Source: an uncultured Verrucomicrobiae bacterium (lineage in GTDB: Bacteria > Verrucomicrobiota > Verrucomicrobiia > Limisphaerales > Palsa-1400). From it: a DNA stretch of 64,000 nt. A model generated the notes under the pieces. It had not been told where the DNA came from and did no database searches. It saw only the letters and a list, made by a program, of their open reading frames with translations. The position numbers were made by a program, and so were the translations under genes. How positions within the stretch are numbered: position 1 is the first letter of the stretch; each line of letters opens with the position of its first letter. The stretch spans positions 2,784,001 through 2,848,000 of the forward strand of contig CAVXRD010000002.1 of NCBI GenBank assembly GCA_963764165.1, written 5' to 3'. Below, one piece after another: positions 36,865 to 46,544 of this stretch.

Positions 36865-37386
36865 ATGATTTTCCGCATCGATTTCAAGTCTGGCACGCCG
36901 GTTTATTTGCAACTGGTGGATCAGGTGCGTTATGCCGCCGCCTCGGGTGTGCTCAGGGCGGGGGATCCGCTGCCGTCGATTCGCCCGCTGGCGGAGGAAT
37001 TGCGGGTGAACCGGAATACGGTCGCCAAGGCTTACACGGAATTGGAAAGCCGCGGGATTATTGAGACGATTGCCGGCAAAGGATGTTTCCTCAAAGGCAG
37101 CGATAGTCCGTTGAGCAAGCAAGTCCGCCATAACGTGCTGGTGGCCAAAATCGACGAAGCCATCGTGACCGCGCACCAAATGCAGATCGAACCGCAGGCG
37201 CTGCGCGAGTTGCTGGCCGAGCGGCTCGGATTTTTCTCCGCAAAAATGTCTAAAAGCGCCCCAAGCGCGAGCCCGACTCCGACCACGCCCGAACCCAAGG
37301 AAAATGTATGGAAACCGAATACCCCGTCATCGACATCGCCAATCTCCACCGTAGTTTCGGAAAAATGGACGCCGTCCATGGACTGA
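36865..37386 (+). CDS. GntR family (YtrA subfamily) regulator
   Basis: PVYLQLVDQV...LPSIRPLAEELRVNRNTVAKAYTELE..G...GKGCF. Confidence 0.92.
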   Translation: MIFRIDFKSGTPVYLQLVDQVRYAAASGVLRAGDPLPSIRPLAEELRVNRNTVAKAYTELESRGIIETIAGKGCFLKGSDSPLSKQVRHNVLVAKIDEAIVTAHQMQIEPQALRELLAERLGFFSAKMSKSAPSASPTPTTPEPKENVWKPNTPSSTSPISTVVSEKWTPSMD

Positions 37387-38222
37387 ACTTGCGCGTTATG
37401 CCTGGTCGCTGTTACGGATTTTTCGGTCGCAACGGGGCTGGAAAAACGACCACCATCAAGTGCCTTCTGAATTTGCTCCGCCCGACGCAAGGCACCGTGC
37501 GCGTGGTCGGACTGGATCCCCGGAAAAACGAAGTCGAGGTGAAAAGCCGGGTCGCGTATGTTCCGGATGTGGTGGCGTTTTATCCGTGGATGACAGTGCG
37601 CGACGCGCTCAATTATCAGGCCTCCTTCCGCAAACATTGGAACGGAAAAATCGCCGACGACTTGCAGCGCCGTTTCGAACTGAACTCGACCCACAAGACC
37701 GCCAATTTATCCAAGGGCCAGAAAACGCAACTCGCGTTGATCAGCGCAATTGCCGCCGAGCCGGAATTGCTGATTCTGGACGAGCCGACGTCTGGCCTTG
37801 ATCCAATTGTGCGCCGCGAATTCATCGAGACGGTAATTGGCGCGTATCAATCCGGCGATCCGCAGCGGCGAACGGTGTTTGTCTCGACGCATTTGATTTC
37901 CGAATTCGAGGGCTTGATCGACGAGTTCACGATTATCGCGCAAGGCCGCGATTTGATCACGATGGCCGCCGACGACGCGCGTCATCGCTTCTGCAAAATT
38001 CAGGCGCGCTTCGCTGCGCCGCCATTGCAGCCGCTGGATTTGCCCGGCGCTATTGGCCTGCGACAGACGGGCCGCGAAGTGCAACTCATCGGCAATGGCA
38101 ACCGCGCGGACTTAATGGAACGCATTAAGGCACTTCATCCCGAGGAACTCAAATGCGAGTCGCTTTCGCTGGAGGAAATTTTTGTGGCATCGAAATCGTT
38201 GCCGCAGGAGGTGGCCGCATGA
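37308..38222 (+). CDS. ABC transporter ATP-binding protein
   Basis: GRNGAGKTT, LSKGQ, LLILDEPTSGLD, STH; SD-like AAGGA before ATG. Confidence 0.93.
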   Translation: METEYPVIDIANLHRSFGKMDAVHGLNLRVMPGRCYGFFGRNGAGKTTTIKCLLNLLRPTQGTVRVVGLDPRKNEVEVKSRVAYVPDVVAFYPWMTVRDALNYQASFRKHWNGKIADDLQRRFELNSTHKTANLSKGQKTQLALISAIAAEPELLILDEPTSGLDPIVRREFIETVIGAYQSGDPQRRTVFVSTHLISEFEGLIDEFTIIAQGRDLITMAADDARHRFCKIQARFAAPPLQPLDLPGAIGLRQTGREVQLIGNGNRADLMERIKALHPEELKCESLSLEEIFVASKSLPQEVAA

Positions 38223-39673
38223 ATCCGATTTTCCGCAACGAGTTTAGAATGATACTGCCAGCATGGGTGGCCGGGATGATTGCGGCCACAGTGCCCGTTT
38301 GGATTTTTGGAATCAATTTTTTCAACAATTGGAATTACAGATTTAGCGAAGACAATGCCGTATTCAATTTCTCCCTGATTGTGCTTGGGATCGCTGCGGT
38401 GCTTGTATCGGTGTCGTCGTTTGGGACGGAGTTGAATTGCGGCACGTTTGCCTCGCTGTTAAGCCAGCCGCGGGCTCGATGGGAGATTTGGCAGACAAAG
38501 ATCATCGTCCTTCTGGCGGCTCTCGTGTCGATGGCTCTCGCAAATTACCTGTCAGGATGGGGTTGGATTTCCGCCGTGAGATCTGCGCAAACAATCACGA
38601 ATGACTGGAGAATGAGTTTTGTTGACCACCTCTGGAGATCGCACGAGGCGCTGCTCGCGCCGATGATGGCAATGGCGTTCGCAAGCGGGTTATGTACGAC
38701 GATTTGGCTGCGCCAAACGACATCTGCGCTGTGGGTCGCGCTGGCCGTGCCATTCATCTTGTGCGAGATTTCGGACGCGCTGGTTTCATTGAAGACCGGG
38801 CCGTATGCGCAGTACGAAGTCGTGCTCGCCCTGGGTTTGACAGCGTTGGTTTACACGCCAGCGGCTTATTTTGCCGGCCGCTGGATGTTCATGCGGGCGG
38901 AGGTCAAACAATCCCAGTTGCAAGCGGAACCGCTTAGCCTTTCGGTGCTTCCTTCGCTGCCAAGCCGGGTGTCGTGCTGGCGCGCGCTGTTCATCAAGGA
39001 AATACGGCTGCAACAGGGCGTGATCATCATTGCGGTCGGAGTCCTGGTGTTGCACTTGTTCGCCATCGCCTTGCCGATGTACCTGCCGCATTCCAGCTAC
39101 ACCATCCGGAATGTGTCCGAGGCTGCGTGGGTAATCTGGCTTCTGCTTCCAATCCTGGTCGGCGGAATTGCCATTGCCGAAGAGCGCCGGAGCGGCACTC
39201 TTGGTGAGGCGCTGTGCCTTCCTGTGCAATGGAAAATGGCATTCGCGGTGAAGTTTATTGTCGTATTTGGCCTTGGGATTTTTTTCGGCGCCGTTATGCC
39301 AAGCCTGGTGGAAGGAGTCCGGCCTGGCGGGGGCAATTTTCTGCACGGCAAAGATTATCCGTGGGAGCTCGGAACGGGAGTTTTGGTGCTCACAGGAATG
39401 GGGTTCTACGCATCGAGCCTCGCCAATTCGGTATTGCACGCATTAGGCTGCGGCGTTCTTGCGGGATTCACCATTCTGCCATTTGTGGCGTGGGTTCTGG
39501 TTCGGGACGATTTGTTTATTCCCACCGGGCTATTCGCCTGCTTCATGTTCATGGCGTATCGGAATAGCAAACAAACGCGAGCCACCAGAACGTTTTACTT
39601 GTTCAATATGCTGCAGGCGACTTCCGCAGTGGCATTGGCCGGCGTCATAGGGTGGTGCTTTAGCGAGTTCTGA
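38219..39673 (+). CDS. ABC-2 type permease (duplicated membrane domain)
   Basis: ATGA overlap; many TM segments; FGTELNCGT...LLSQP and AEERRSGTL...LCLP repeats. Confidence 0.85.
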   Translation: MNPIFRNEFRMILPAWVAGMIAATVPVWIFGINFFNNWNYRFSEDNAVFNFSLIVLGIAAVLVSVSSFGTELNCGTFASLLSQPRARWEIWQTKIIVLLAALVSMALANYLSGWGWISAVRSAQTITNDWRMSFVDHLWRSHEALLAPMMAMAFASGLCTTIWLRQTTSALWVALAVPFILCEISDALVSLKTGPYAQYEVVLALGLTALVYTPAAYFAGRWMFMRAEVKQSQLQAEPLSLSVLPSLPSRVSCWRALFIKEIRLQQGVIIIAVGVLVLHLFAIALPMYLPHSSYTIRNVSEAAWVIWLLLPILVGGIAIAEERRSGTLGEALCLPVQWKMAFAVKFIVVFGLGIFFGAVMPSLVEGVRPGGGNFLHGKDYPWELGTGVLVLTGMGFYASSLANSVLHALGCGVLAGFTILPFVAWVLVRDDLFIPTGLFACFMFMAYRNSKQTRATRTFYLFNMLQATSAVALAGVIGWCFSEF

Positions 39674-39720
39674 ACTGGCGGGGTCGCCATGCGATTTTGC
39701 GAAATGGATTACTTGACAAC

Positions 39721-39870
39721 AACAATTCAGTTGAGAGGGACGTTTGCTCATACTTTTTGCGCGATGACTTCGTCGTTCGCGGCTTGCATGACCGTGGAAG
39801 GAACGTGCAAGCGGCTCCTCGCATGGCGCGAAAATCTGCTTCGCAAGCGCTCCCTTTCAACTGAATTGTT
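39721..39870. mobile_element. 150-bp MITE-like / IS remnant with terminal inverted repeats
   Basis: AACAATTCAGTTGAGAGGGA at 39721 pairs with TCCCTTTCAACTGAATTGTT ending at 39870. Confidence 0.55.
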
Positions 39871-39882
39871 TCGCCTTTGACC

Positions 39883-39982
39883 GAGCGCGGCTGTGTCGAA
39901 GACCAGCCGCAGCGCGTCCTAATTCGTTGGCGCGTCTTTTCAATAGACCCTGCTGCGGCTGGTCTTCGACACAGCCGCGCTC
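39883..39982. repeat. Perfect 31-bp inverted REP pair between convergent genes
   Basis: GAGCGCGGCTGTGTCGAAGACCAGCCGCAGC at 39883-39913, reverse complement at 39952-39982. Confidence 0.85.
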
Positions 39983-39991
39983 CGTTTGCGC

Positions 39992-42814
39992 CTAATCCAC
40001 AAACACCAGCTCGTTCGACATCAAAATAACCTGCGCGTATTTTTGCCAGGGTGTTAACGACTTGTGGTCTTTCGAGGTTTCGCCTGTCGAGGTGGTCGAT
40101 TGCACAAATTGCGTGGCCCACTCGATTTCTTCTTTACTAGGCGGGCGCTGGTAGGCCCATTCGTAAAGAAGCTTGATGCGTTCGCGATCTGTTTTCGCGG
40201 AATGAAAATCGGGGCGCTCCACGAGGTGTTGCGCCTGCTGGATGATGAACGGGCTGTTCATCAGGAAGAGCGCCTGCTGCGGAACGGTGGTGAAAAATCG
40301 GCGCGGGCTGCTGGTGTCCGGACTCGCAAAATCAAACGCGCGAAATTCGTCCGGGAGATTCTGGCGGTCGATGTAGCCGTAAACGGTGCGGCGCGTGGAA
40401 TCCGGCGCGATAATGTCCACCGCGTGGCCGCCCGCCGTTAAATCCAGTTTGCCGGAGACATCGAGCAGCGTGTCCCGTAACGCCTCGAAATCGAGGCGCT
40501 GCCGATTCATGCGCCAGACTAAATAATTGTTCGGATCGACCTTCGCGCATTCAGCATTGTCCTCGCTGCTTTGCTGATATGCCGCCGAAAGCATGATGAG
40601 CCGTTGCAATTTTTTGACCGACCAGCCATCGGACATGAATCTCGCGGCGAGGTAATCGAGCAATTCCGGATTCGTCGGCGGATCGGCCCGCATGCCGAAA
40701 TCACTCGGCGTGGAAACCAGCGGCGCGCCGAAGTGATAGAGCCAGACGCGGTTTACAAAGACGCGCGCGGTAAGGGGGTTGCTGGCGCTGGCAATGTCTT
40801 CGGCAAGCTCAAGCCGGCCGCTGCCTTTTTGGAAGGGCTTGCGGCCGGGGCCGCTGAGAATTTCGAGGAATTCGCGCGGCGCTTCCGCGCCCTGATTGTC
40901 TGGGTTGCCGCGGATGAAGATATGCGCATTGTGGGGGTCTGCTCGGTCCACCAGCGCCATGGCGCGAGGCGGCGCGCCTTCGGAAGTGGCGTCGAGCTCG
41001 TCGATGTGTCGTTGCAATTCTCGGAGTTTTTGGGAGGTAGGTACGTCATAAAGTCTTCCAAATTCACTGCGGGGGAGATTGGCGGGGGCGTTGGCGGCAT
41101 AAAGAATTTGCCGCAAAAATTCGTGATTCGCATCGGGAAACGCCGTGGGAACCAGCGTGTTTGTCGCGGCCAGCGCCTTGTCCCATTGCTCGTCAATTTC
41201 GGTGAATAGTTTGCCATAACGCTTCGCGACCTCTTCCATCGAAGCGGGCGGATTACCCGCGAACGCCTGCGCCACAAGTGGATTGAGTGAGTTGGCGCCG
41301 TCCGAGTTTGCGGCGAATTTTGCCGCGACATCGCGGGCGCGGGCGGAAAATTCCTTTTCCGGCAATTCAGCGAAAGCGAACCACGGCGCGAAAATCGGCT
41401 TCGCCGTATTGCGCCAGTCGTCGACAGCGTTCATCCAGCGCCTGGCGACCTCGACGTCCAGTTTGTGGTTGTGCGCGGCGCTGTCGATGTCCGTTTTGTT
41501 GGTGGCGTGATGCGCTTCGTAAACTGTCAATAAATAATCGCCCGCCTGCCGGCGCAATTGCGTGGCCATGGCCTTCTCGGCATCCTCGCGGTATTTTTCG
41601 CGCGCCTCGACACGCTTTTTGTGTTCGGCTTCGTATTCCTTGCGGGCTTTGGCTGGCGCGTCGGTGCCTAGCAGCGGCTCATCGCCGGGTTCCACGGAAC
41701 TGGAGAAGACGCCGTAGAGCGAATAATAATCCTTGCTCGGAATCGGGTCGAATTTGTGGTCGTGGCAGCGGGCGCAGCCGACCGTCAACCCCATCATGCC
41801 GCGGCAAACGACATCGATGCGGTCGTCAATAATATCGTGGATATTGTTGACAAAGCGGCGGCCCAGCGTGAGGTAGCCGAGCGCGGCCAGTTTGCGCTTG
41901 TCCTTGTTGTCCGGCAAAGCGTCGGCGGCGATCTGCTCCTTCAGAAATTCGTCGTAAGGCAGGTCTTCGTTGAAGGAGCGAATGACGTAATCGCGGTAGG
42001 TGTAGGAATAAGGATAGTGCCGGTCTTCCTCGAAAACGTATCCTTTTGTATCCGCGTAACGCGCGACATCCAGCCAGTGCCGCCCCCAGCGCTCGCCATA
42101 ATGCGGCGAGGCCAGCAATCGGTCTACCACTTTGGCAAATGCGTCCGGCGATTTGTCCGCCTCGAAGGCTGAGACTTCCTCGGGCGTCGGGGGCAGGCCG
42201 ATGAGGTCGAAGGTGGCGCGGCGAATCAGCGTGCGTTTGTCAGCCGCAGGCGAGTGTGAAAGATGGGCCGCTTCCAATTTCGCCAGGATGAAATTGTCGA
42301 CCGGCGTGCGGATGAAATTCTTATGCTTGACGCTCGGAATGGCTGGCTCGCGCACCGGCTGAAAAGCCCAGTGCTTTTTTGCCCGGTCGCGAATCGTCTC
42401 CGCTTTCGCCGCGCCACTGGTCGCAGTGCGCGGATCGGGCGCGCCCATTTTGACCCACGTCTCCAGATTCGCGATGTCCGTTGTGGAAAGTTTTTTGTTT
42501 TTGGGCGGCATCCGCAAATTGTCGTCGGTGTAGCGGACGGCTTTGATGAGCAAACTATTCTCGACATCGCCAGGTTTAACGGCCGGGCCGGTATCGCCGC
42601 CTTTCAGCAGGGAATCGCGCGAATCGACGAGGAAACCGCCTTTGACTTTGGCGCTTTGCGAACTGTGGCAGGAATAGCAATGGCCGACCAGGACGGGGCG
42701 AATCTTGTTCTCGAAAAATTCAACGCCGTTCGCGTCTTCCGCCGCAAAAGCGGAAACGGAATTTCCAACCGCGCCCAAGCCGAGCGCGAGCGCGAACTGG
42801 ATGGCCGGTTTCAC
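39992..42814 (-). CDS. PSD1 / planctomycete cytochrome C protein (DUF1549/DUF1553)
   Basis: FFENKIRPVL..HCYSCH, HWAFQP, YGERWGRHWLDVARYAD, CARCHDHKFDP, NPLTARV.VNRVW; GTG overlaps the DUF1501 stop. Confidence 0.92.
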   Translation of the reverse strand: MKPAIQFALALGLGAVGNSVSAFAAEDANGVEFFENKIRPVLVGHCYSCHSSQSAKVKGGFLVDSRDSLLKGGDTGPAVKPGDVENSLLIKAVRYTDDNLRMPPKNKKLSTTDIANLETWVKMGAPDPRTATSGAAKAETIRDRAKKHWAFQPVREPAIPSVKHKNFIRTPVDNFILAKLEAAHLSHSPAADKRTLIRRATFDLIGLPPTPEEVSAFEADKSPDAFAKVVDRLLASPHYGERWGRHWLDVARYADTKGYVFEEDRHYPYSYTYRDYVIRSFNEDLPYDEFLKEQIAADALPDNKDKRKLAALGYLTLGRRFVNNIHDIIDDRIDVVCRGMMGLTVGCARCHDHKFDPIPSKDYYSLYGVFSSSVEPGDEPLLGTDAPAKARKEYEAEHKKRVEAREKYREDAEKAMATQLRRQAGDYLLTVYEAHHATNKTDIDSAAHNHKLDVEVARRWMNAVDDWRNTAKPIFAPWFAFAELPEKEFSARARDVAAKFAANSDGANSLNPLVAQAFAGNPPASMEEVAKRYGKLFTEIDEQWDKALAATNTLVPTAFPDANHEFLRQILYAANAPANLPRSEFGRLYDVPTSQKLRELQRHIDELDATSEGAPPRAMALVDRADPHNAHIFIRGNPDNQGAEAPREFLEILSGPGRKPFQKGSGRLELAEDIASASNPLTARVFVNRVWLYHFGAPLVSTPSDFGMRADPPTNPELLDYLAARFMSDGWSVKKLQRLIMLSAAYQQSSEDNAECAKVDPNNYLVWRMNRQRLDFEALRDTLLDVSGKLDLTAGGHAVDIIAPDSTRRTVYGYIDRQNLPDEFRAFDFASPDTSSPRRFFTTVPQQALFLMNSPFIIQQAQHLVERPDFHSAKTDRERIKLLYEWAYQRPPSKEEIEWATQFVQSTTSTGETSKDHKSLTPWQKYAQVILMSNELVFVD

Positions 42815-44262
42815 GCAATCAACTCCGGAACGACGTGCCCGTAAACATCCGTCAGCCGGAAATCGCGGCCGGAATGGCGGAAGGTCAGCTTCTCGTGGTC
42901 GAAGCCCAGCAGGCGCAGGATCGTCGCGTGCAAATCGTGGACGTGAACTTTGTTCTCGGTCGCGGCGAAACCGAATTCGTCCGTCGCGCCGTGGACATAT
43001 CCGCCGCGCGCGCCGCCGCCGGCCATCCACATCGTGAAGCCGTGATGATTGTGATCGCGGCCGTTGACTTTCCCGGCATTCGAACCGGGCTTGGCTAATT
43101 CGACCGTGGGCGTGCGGCCAAATTCTCCGCCCCAAATTACCAATGTATCCTCCAGCATGCCCCGCTGCTTCAAATCCTTCAGCAAAGCGCCAATGGCCTG
43201 GTCCGATTCTTTTGCGAGCTTTCCGTGAGCGACTTCGATATCATCGTGGCTGTCCCACGGCTGGCCCTCGCCATGCCAAACTTGAACGAAGCGGACGCCG
43301 CGCTCGAGCAATCGCCGCGTGATCAAAAGCTGCCGCGCCTGGGTGCCTTCGCCATACATTTTGCGGATGTGCTCGGGTTCGCGAGAAATGTCAAACGCAT
43401 CGCTCGCATCCATCTGCATGCGATAGGCCAGTTCAAACGACTGGATGCGCGCTTCCATTTGCGCGTCGTCGCGGCGCTTTTGCTGGAAACGCTCATTCAA
43501 CTTTTGCAGCAGATCGATTTGCTTCCGCTGTTCAGGAAGCGCGGCGTAATCGTTTTTGATGTTCTGAATCAAATCCTCGATCTTCGTGTGCGCGGTATTG
43601 ACATAAGTCCCCTGATACGCGCCCGGCAAAAATCCGGCCTGCCAATTTTGCGATTCCTGAATTGGATAACCGCCAGGGCACATCGCGATGAAGCCCGGCA
43701 AATTCTGATTTTCCGACCCAAGCCCATAAGTGACCCACGAACCCATGCTGGGCCGGATTTGCCGCGCATCGCCGCAATTCATCAGCATCAGCGACGGCTC
43801 ATGATTGGGAACATCCGCCGTCATCGACCGAATTACGCAAATATCGTCGATGCTTTCGGCGACGTGCCGAAACAAATCGCTAACCTCGATTCCGCTCTGG
43901 CCGTATTTTTTGAATTTGAAAGGCGATGCGAATGCCGCGCCGGTCTGGCGTTCGGTCGGAAGATTCGCCATCGGCAGGAGCTTGCCCGCGTATTTGTCCA
44001 GCGACGGTTTCGGATCAAAGGTGTCAACATGCGACGGCCCGCCGTTGGCGAAAATATGAATGACACGCTTGGCTTTTCCTGCAAATTGCGGGGCCTTAGG
44101 TGTCAGTGGCGAAACAAATCCTTCCGCATGCGCGGTCTCGGTCAAACCGACCATCGACATCAGGCTGGTCAATCCGAGCGCGCCCATGCCCATGCCGCAC
44201 CGGCACAAAAAGTCCCGGCGTGTCAATGCAAGATGCTCTGGATTGGGCGCATGATGATCCAT
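42811..44262 (-). CDS. DUF1501 family protein (Tat)
   Basis: TRRDFL; GGPSHVDTFDPKP, RRLLERGVRFVQ, GEFGRTP, GRDH, RLTDVYG. Confidence 0.93.
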   Translation of the reverse strand: MDHHAPNPEHLALTRRDFLCRCGMGMGALGLTSLMSMVGLTETAHAEGFVSPLTPKAPQFAGKAKRVIHIFANGGPSHVDTFDPKPSLDKYAGKLLPMANLPTERQTGAAFASPFKFKKYGQSGIEVSDLFRHVAESIDDICVIRSMTADVPNHEPSLMLMNCGDARQIRPSMGSWVTYGLGSENQNLPGFIAMCPGGYPIQESQNWQAGFLPGAYQGTYVNTAHTKIEDLIQNIKNDYAALPEQRKQIDLLQKLNERFQQKRRDDAQMEARIQSFELAYRMQMDASDAFDISREPEHIRKMYGEGTQARQLLITRRLLERGVRFVQVWHGEGQPWDSHDDIEVAHGKLAKESDQAIGALLKDLKQRGMLEDTLVIWGGEFGRTPTVELAKPGSNAGKVNGRDHNHHGFTMWMAGGGARGGYVHGATDEFGFAATENKVHVHDLHATILRLLGFDHEKLTFRHSGRDFRLTDVYGHVVPELIA

Positions 44263-44307
44263 GCAATATACCGTCTTTCGACGTCCCGGAGGGCGAAACG
44301 ATTCAAC

Positions 44308-45528
44308 CTAAATTTTCGACCAATCAAGCGGCTGGCGTATATCAATCTCATACAATTTCTCCTCGACGGCCTCCGGATATTTCTGCGAAGCGCCCGTGTT
44401 GAAGATGACGATCGTTTCGTCGCGCTTGATTTCGCCGCGCGCGAGCAGCACTTCCAGCGCGCCGAGGCAAACCGCTGTTTCAGGACAGAGCGCAATGCCC
44501 TCCTTCGACGCGGCCAGCCGCATCCACTTCGGAATATCCGCTTCCGCCGTGGCGAGAGCTGTGCCGCCGCTTTGGCGCACGGCGTCGATAATCATGAAAT
44601 CGCCCACCGCAGCTGGCACGCGAATGCCGCTGGCAATGGTGGCCGCGTTTTCAAACTTCGGCGCGAAACGCTCGGCCTTGGCGTAAGCCGTGGCGATGGG
44701 CGCGCAGCCTTCGCTCTGGCAGGAAATCATGCGCGGCTTTTTCGGCGACCTAAGCCAGCCCAACTCCGCCAATTCGTTGAATGCTTTCCACATGCCAATC
44801 AATCCCGTGCCGCCGCCGGTCGGGTAAAGAATAACGTCTGGCAACTCCCAATCAAATTGCTCGGCCAATTCCAGACCCATCGTTTTCTTTCCCTCGATGC
44901 GATACGGCTCCTTCAAGGTCGACACATCAAACCAGCCTTTGATTTTCTTGCCTTCACCCACGATGCGCCCGCAATCGGTGATGAGACCGTTGACCAAAAA
45001 CGTTTTCGCGCCCGCGAGGTAGCATTCCTTTTTGTTGATGGATGGCGTATCGGACGGCATGAACACGTAAGCCTCCATTCCCGCGCGAGCGGCGTAAGCC
45101 GCCATCGCGCCGCCGGCGTTTCCAGCGGTCGGTACCGCGAGTTTTTTTATGCCGAATTCGTTCGCCTTGGAAATCGCCATGGCCATGCCGCGAGCCTTGA
45201 AACTTCCGGTGGGCAGGCGGCTTTCGTCTTTGACAAATAAATTTGTCACGCCGAATTCTTTTCCCAGACGCCGCGTTTCGAGAATGGGCGTCATTGTTTC
45301 ATCCAGCGAAACCATTTTCGAGGCATCGTTAATCGGGAGAAGTTCCTTGTAACGCCACATCGTGGAGGGTCGCCCGGCGAACGGTGGCTTCGGCAACGCG
45401 CACCGAATGGCGGCAAGATCGTATTTCACCCAGAGTGGGCGATTGCAGGCGGTGCAAAGATTATGAACCAGCGCTGCGTCGAATTTCTGGCCGCAGTTGG
45501 CGCACTCCAAATGTGTGACAAAACTCAT
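44308..45528 (-). CDS. thrC: Threonine synthase
   Basis: N-terminal CANC...CTAC; PTGSFKARG PLP lysine, TAGNAG, EGKKTMG, PTGGGTG, NTGA. Confidence 0.85.
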   Translation of the reverse strand: MSFVTHLECANCGQKFDAALVHNLCTACNRPLWVKYDLAAIRCALPKPPFAGRPSTMWRYKELLPINDASKMVSLDETMTPILETRRLGKEFGVTNLFVKDESRLPTGSFKARGMAMAISKANEFGIKKLAVPTAGNAGGAMAAYAARAGMEAYVFMPSDTPSINKKECYLAGAKTFLVNGLITDCGRIVGEGKKIKGWFDVSTLKEPYRIEGKKTMGLELAEQFDWELPDVILYPTGGGTGLIGMWKAFNELAELGWLRSPKKPRMISCQSEGCAPIATAYAKAERFAPKFENAATIASGIRVPAAVGDFMIIDAVRQSGGTALATAEADIPKWMRLAASKEGIALCPETAVCLGALEVLLARGEIKRDETIVIFNTGASQKYPEAVEEKLYEIDIRQPLDWSKI

Positions 45529-45580
45529 TGCATTGAGGATTAAGAACTCGCTGGCTTGAAAAGCAATCGACATTTGTGAA

Positions 45581-45684
45581 AGGTAGGGACGCCTCGCCGA
45601 GGCGTCCGGTTGCGTGTGAAAATGTCCACAACTTGCGAATAAACTATGCCTCACCCCGGACGCCTCGGCGAGGCGTCCCTACCT
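45581..45684. repeat. Inverted pair of GTAG-type REP elements, copy 3
   Basis: Same 29-mer at 45581-45609, reverse complement at 45656-45684. Confidence 0.9.
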
Positions 45685-46170
45685 TTTTTCGCCGTGCTCC
45701 AGTTGCAACGTCCACCGGCGGCAAAGCCAAAACGGAATTGCTCCGAAGACTCCGAATGAGCAATCGATGAGCCGCCACCAAAATGGAATCCCGCGCAAAC
45801 CGCCAAATATGAGCGCGAACGGAATGACCAGAGCGCACGCGATCAGGCCGAAATCATAAAGCCACCGATTGCGCACGGGATCGCGCAGCGCACCCACGAA
45901 CGCAATGGCGATTACGAAGTGGCCAAACGCCAGCCAATCTGTGCCATAGAAAAGAAACGGGCATTGCGCTTGGGTTTGCGCCAGCGCATCACGAACTCGC
46001 ATCAACCATTCCCCGACAACGGACGCATTTGATGCGCCTCCGAAATGGTTTGCCAGAAAGTTTACTTCAGAAAGCAGCGGAATCGCTGTCACGCCGCTCA
46101 GAAAGAGCCCGAGGATGAACGCCCACGTCAGAATGTTAATGCGTTTCAGGAGATTTTCGCGTCGGGTCAT
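45679..46170 (-). CDS. Membrane protein of unknown function
   Basis: Four hydrophobic segments; YGTDWLAFGH...RDPVRNRW...RGIP.WWRLIDCSFG. Confidence 0.8.
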   Translation of the reverse strand: MTRRENLLKRINILTWAFILGLFLSGVTAIPLLSEVNFLANHFGGASNASVVGEWLMRVRDALAQTQAQCPFLFYGTDWLAFGHFVIAIAFVGALRDPVRNRWLYDFGLIACALVIPFALIFGGLRGIPFWWRLIDCSFGVFGAIPFWLCRRWTLQLEHGEKR

Positions 46171-46241
46171 GGGAATTTATTTTCGCTTGGTCTTCCTCGG
46201 CGCAGCGGGGCTGAAACGCTTGTGCGGTGATGTTGACGTTC

Positions 46242-46544
46242 TCACTCCTCTTTCAAATTTCGGCGGCGCCACAATTCAAGCAGTCCCGCCGTGATGAGGA
46301 AAATCGGAACAAGCAGGACGAAAGCGAAATAGAGCAGCAGGTGAGTCAATCCAAGAGCGGAACCGGCTTGCCAGCTCATGTTTGGGTTCGGCGACGCGCC
46401 GCTCAGAAACGTGGTGTAATTCTCGAGGCCGGAAAATTTCGAGATGAGATACAGAATGACGATAATCGCCGCCCGCGCGACGAATGCCTTTGGCGAGAAC
46501 GAATCCGCGCTCTGAAAACACCGGAGATAATGAATAGGTTTCAT
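46242..46544 (-). CDS. Small membrane protein
   Basis: ATGA overlap with the upstream gene; two hydrophobic segments; ENYTTFLSG. Confidence 0.7.
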   Translation of the reverse strand: MKPIHYLRCFQSADSFSPKAFVARAAIIVILYLISKFSGLENYTTFLSGASPNPNMSWQAGSALGLTHLLLYFAFVLLVPIFLITAGLLELWRRRNLKEE

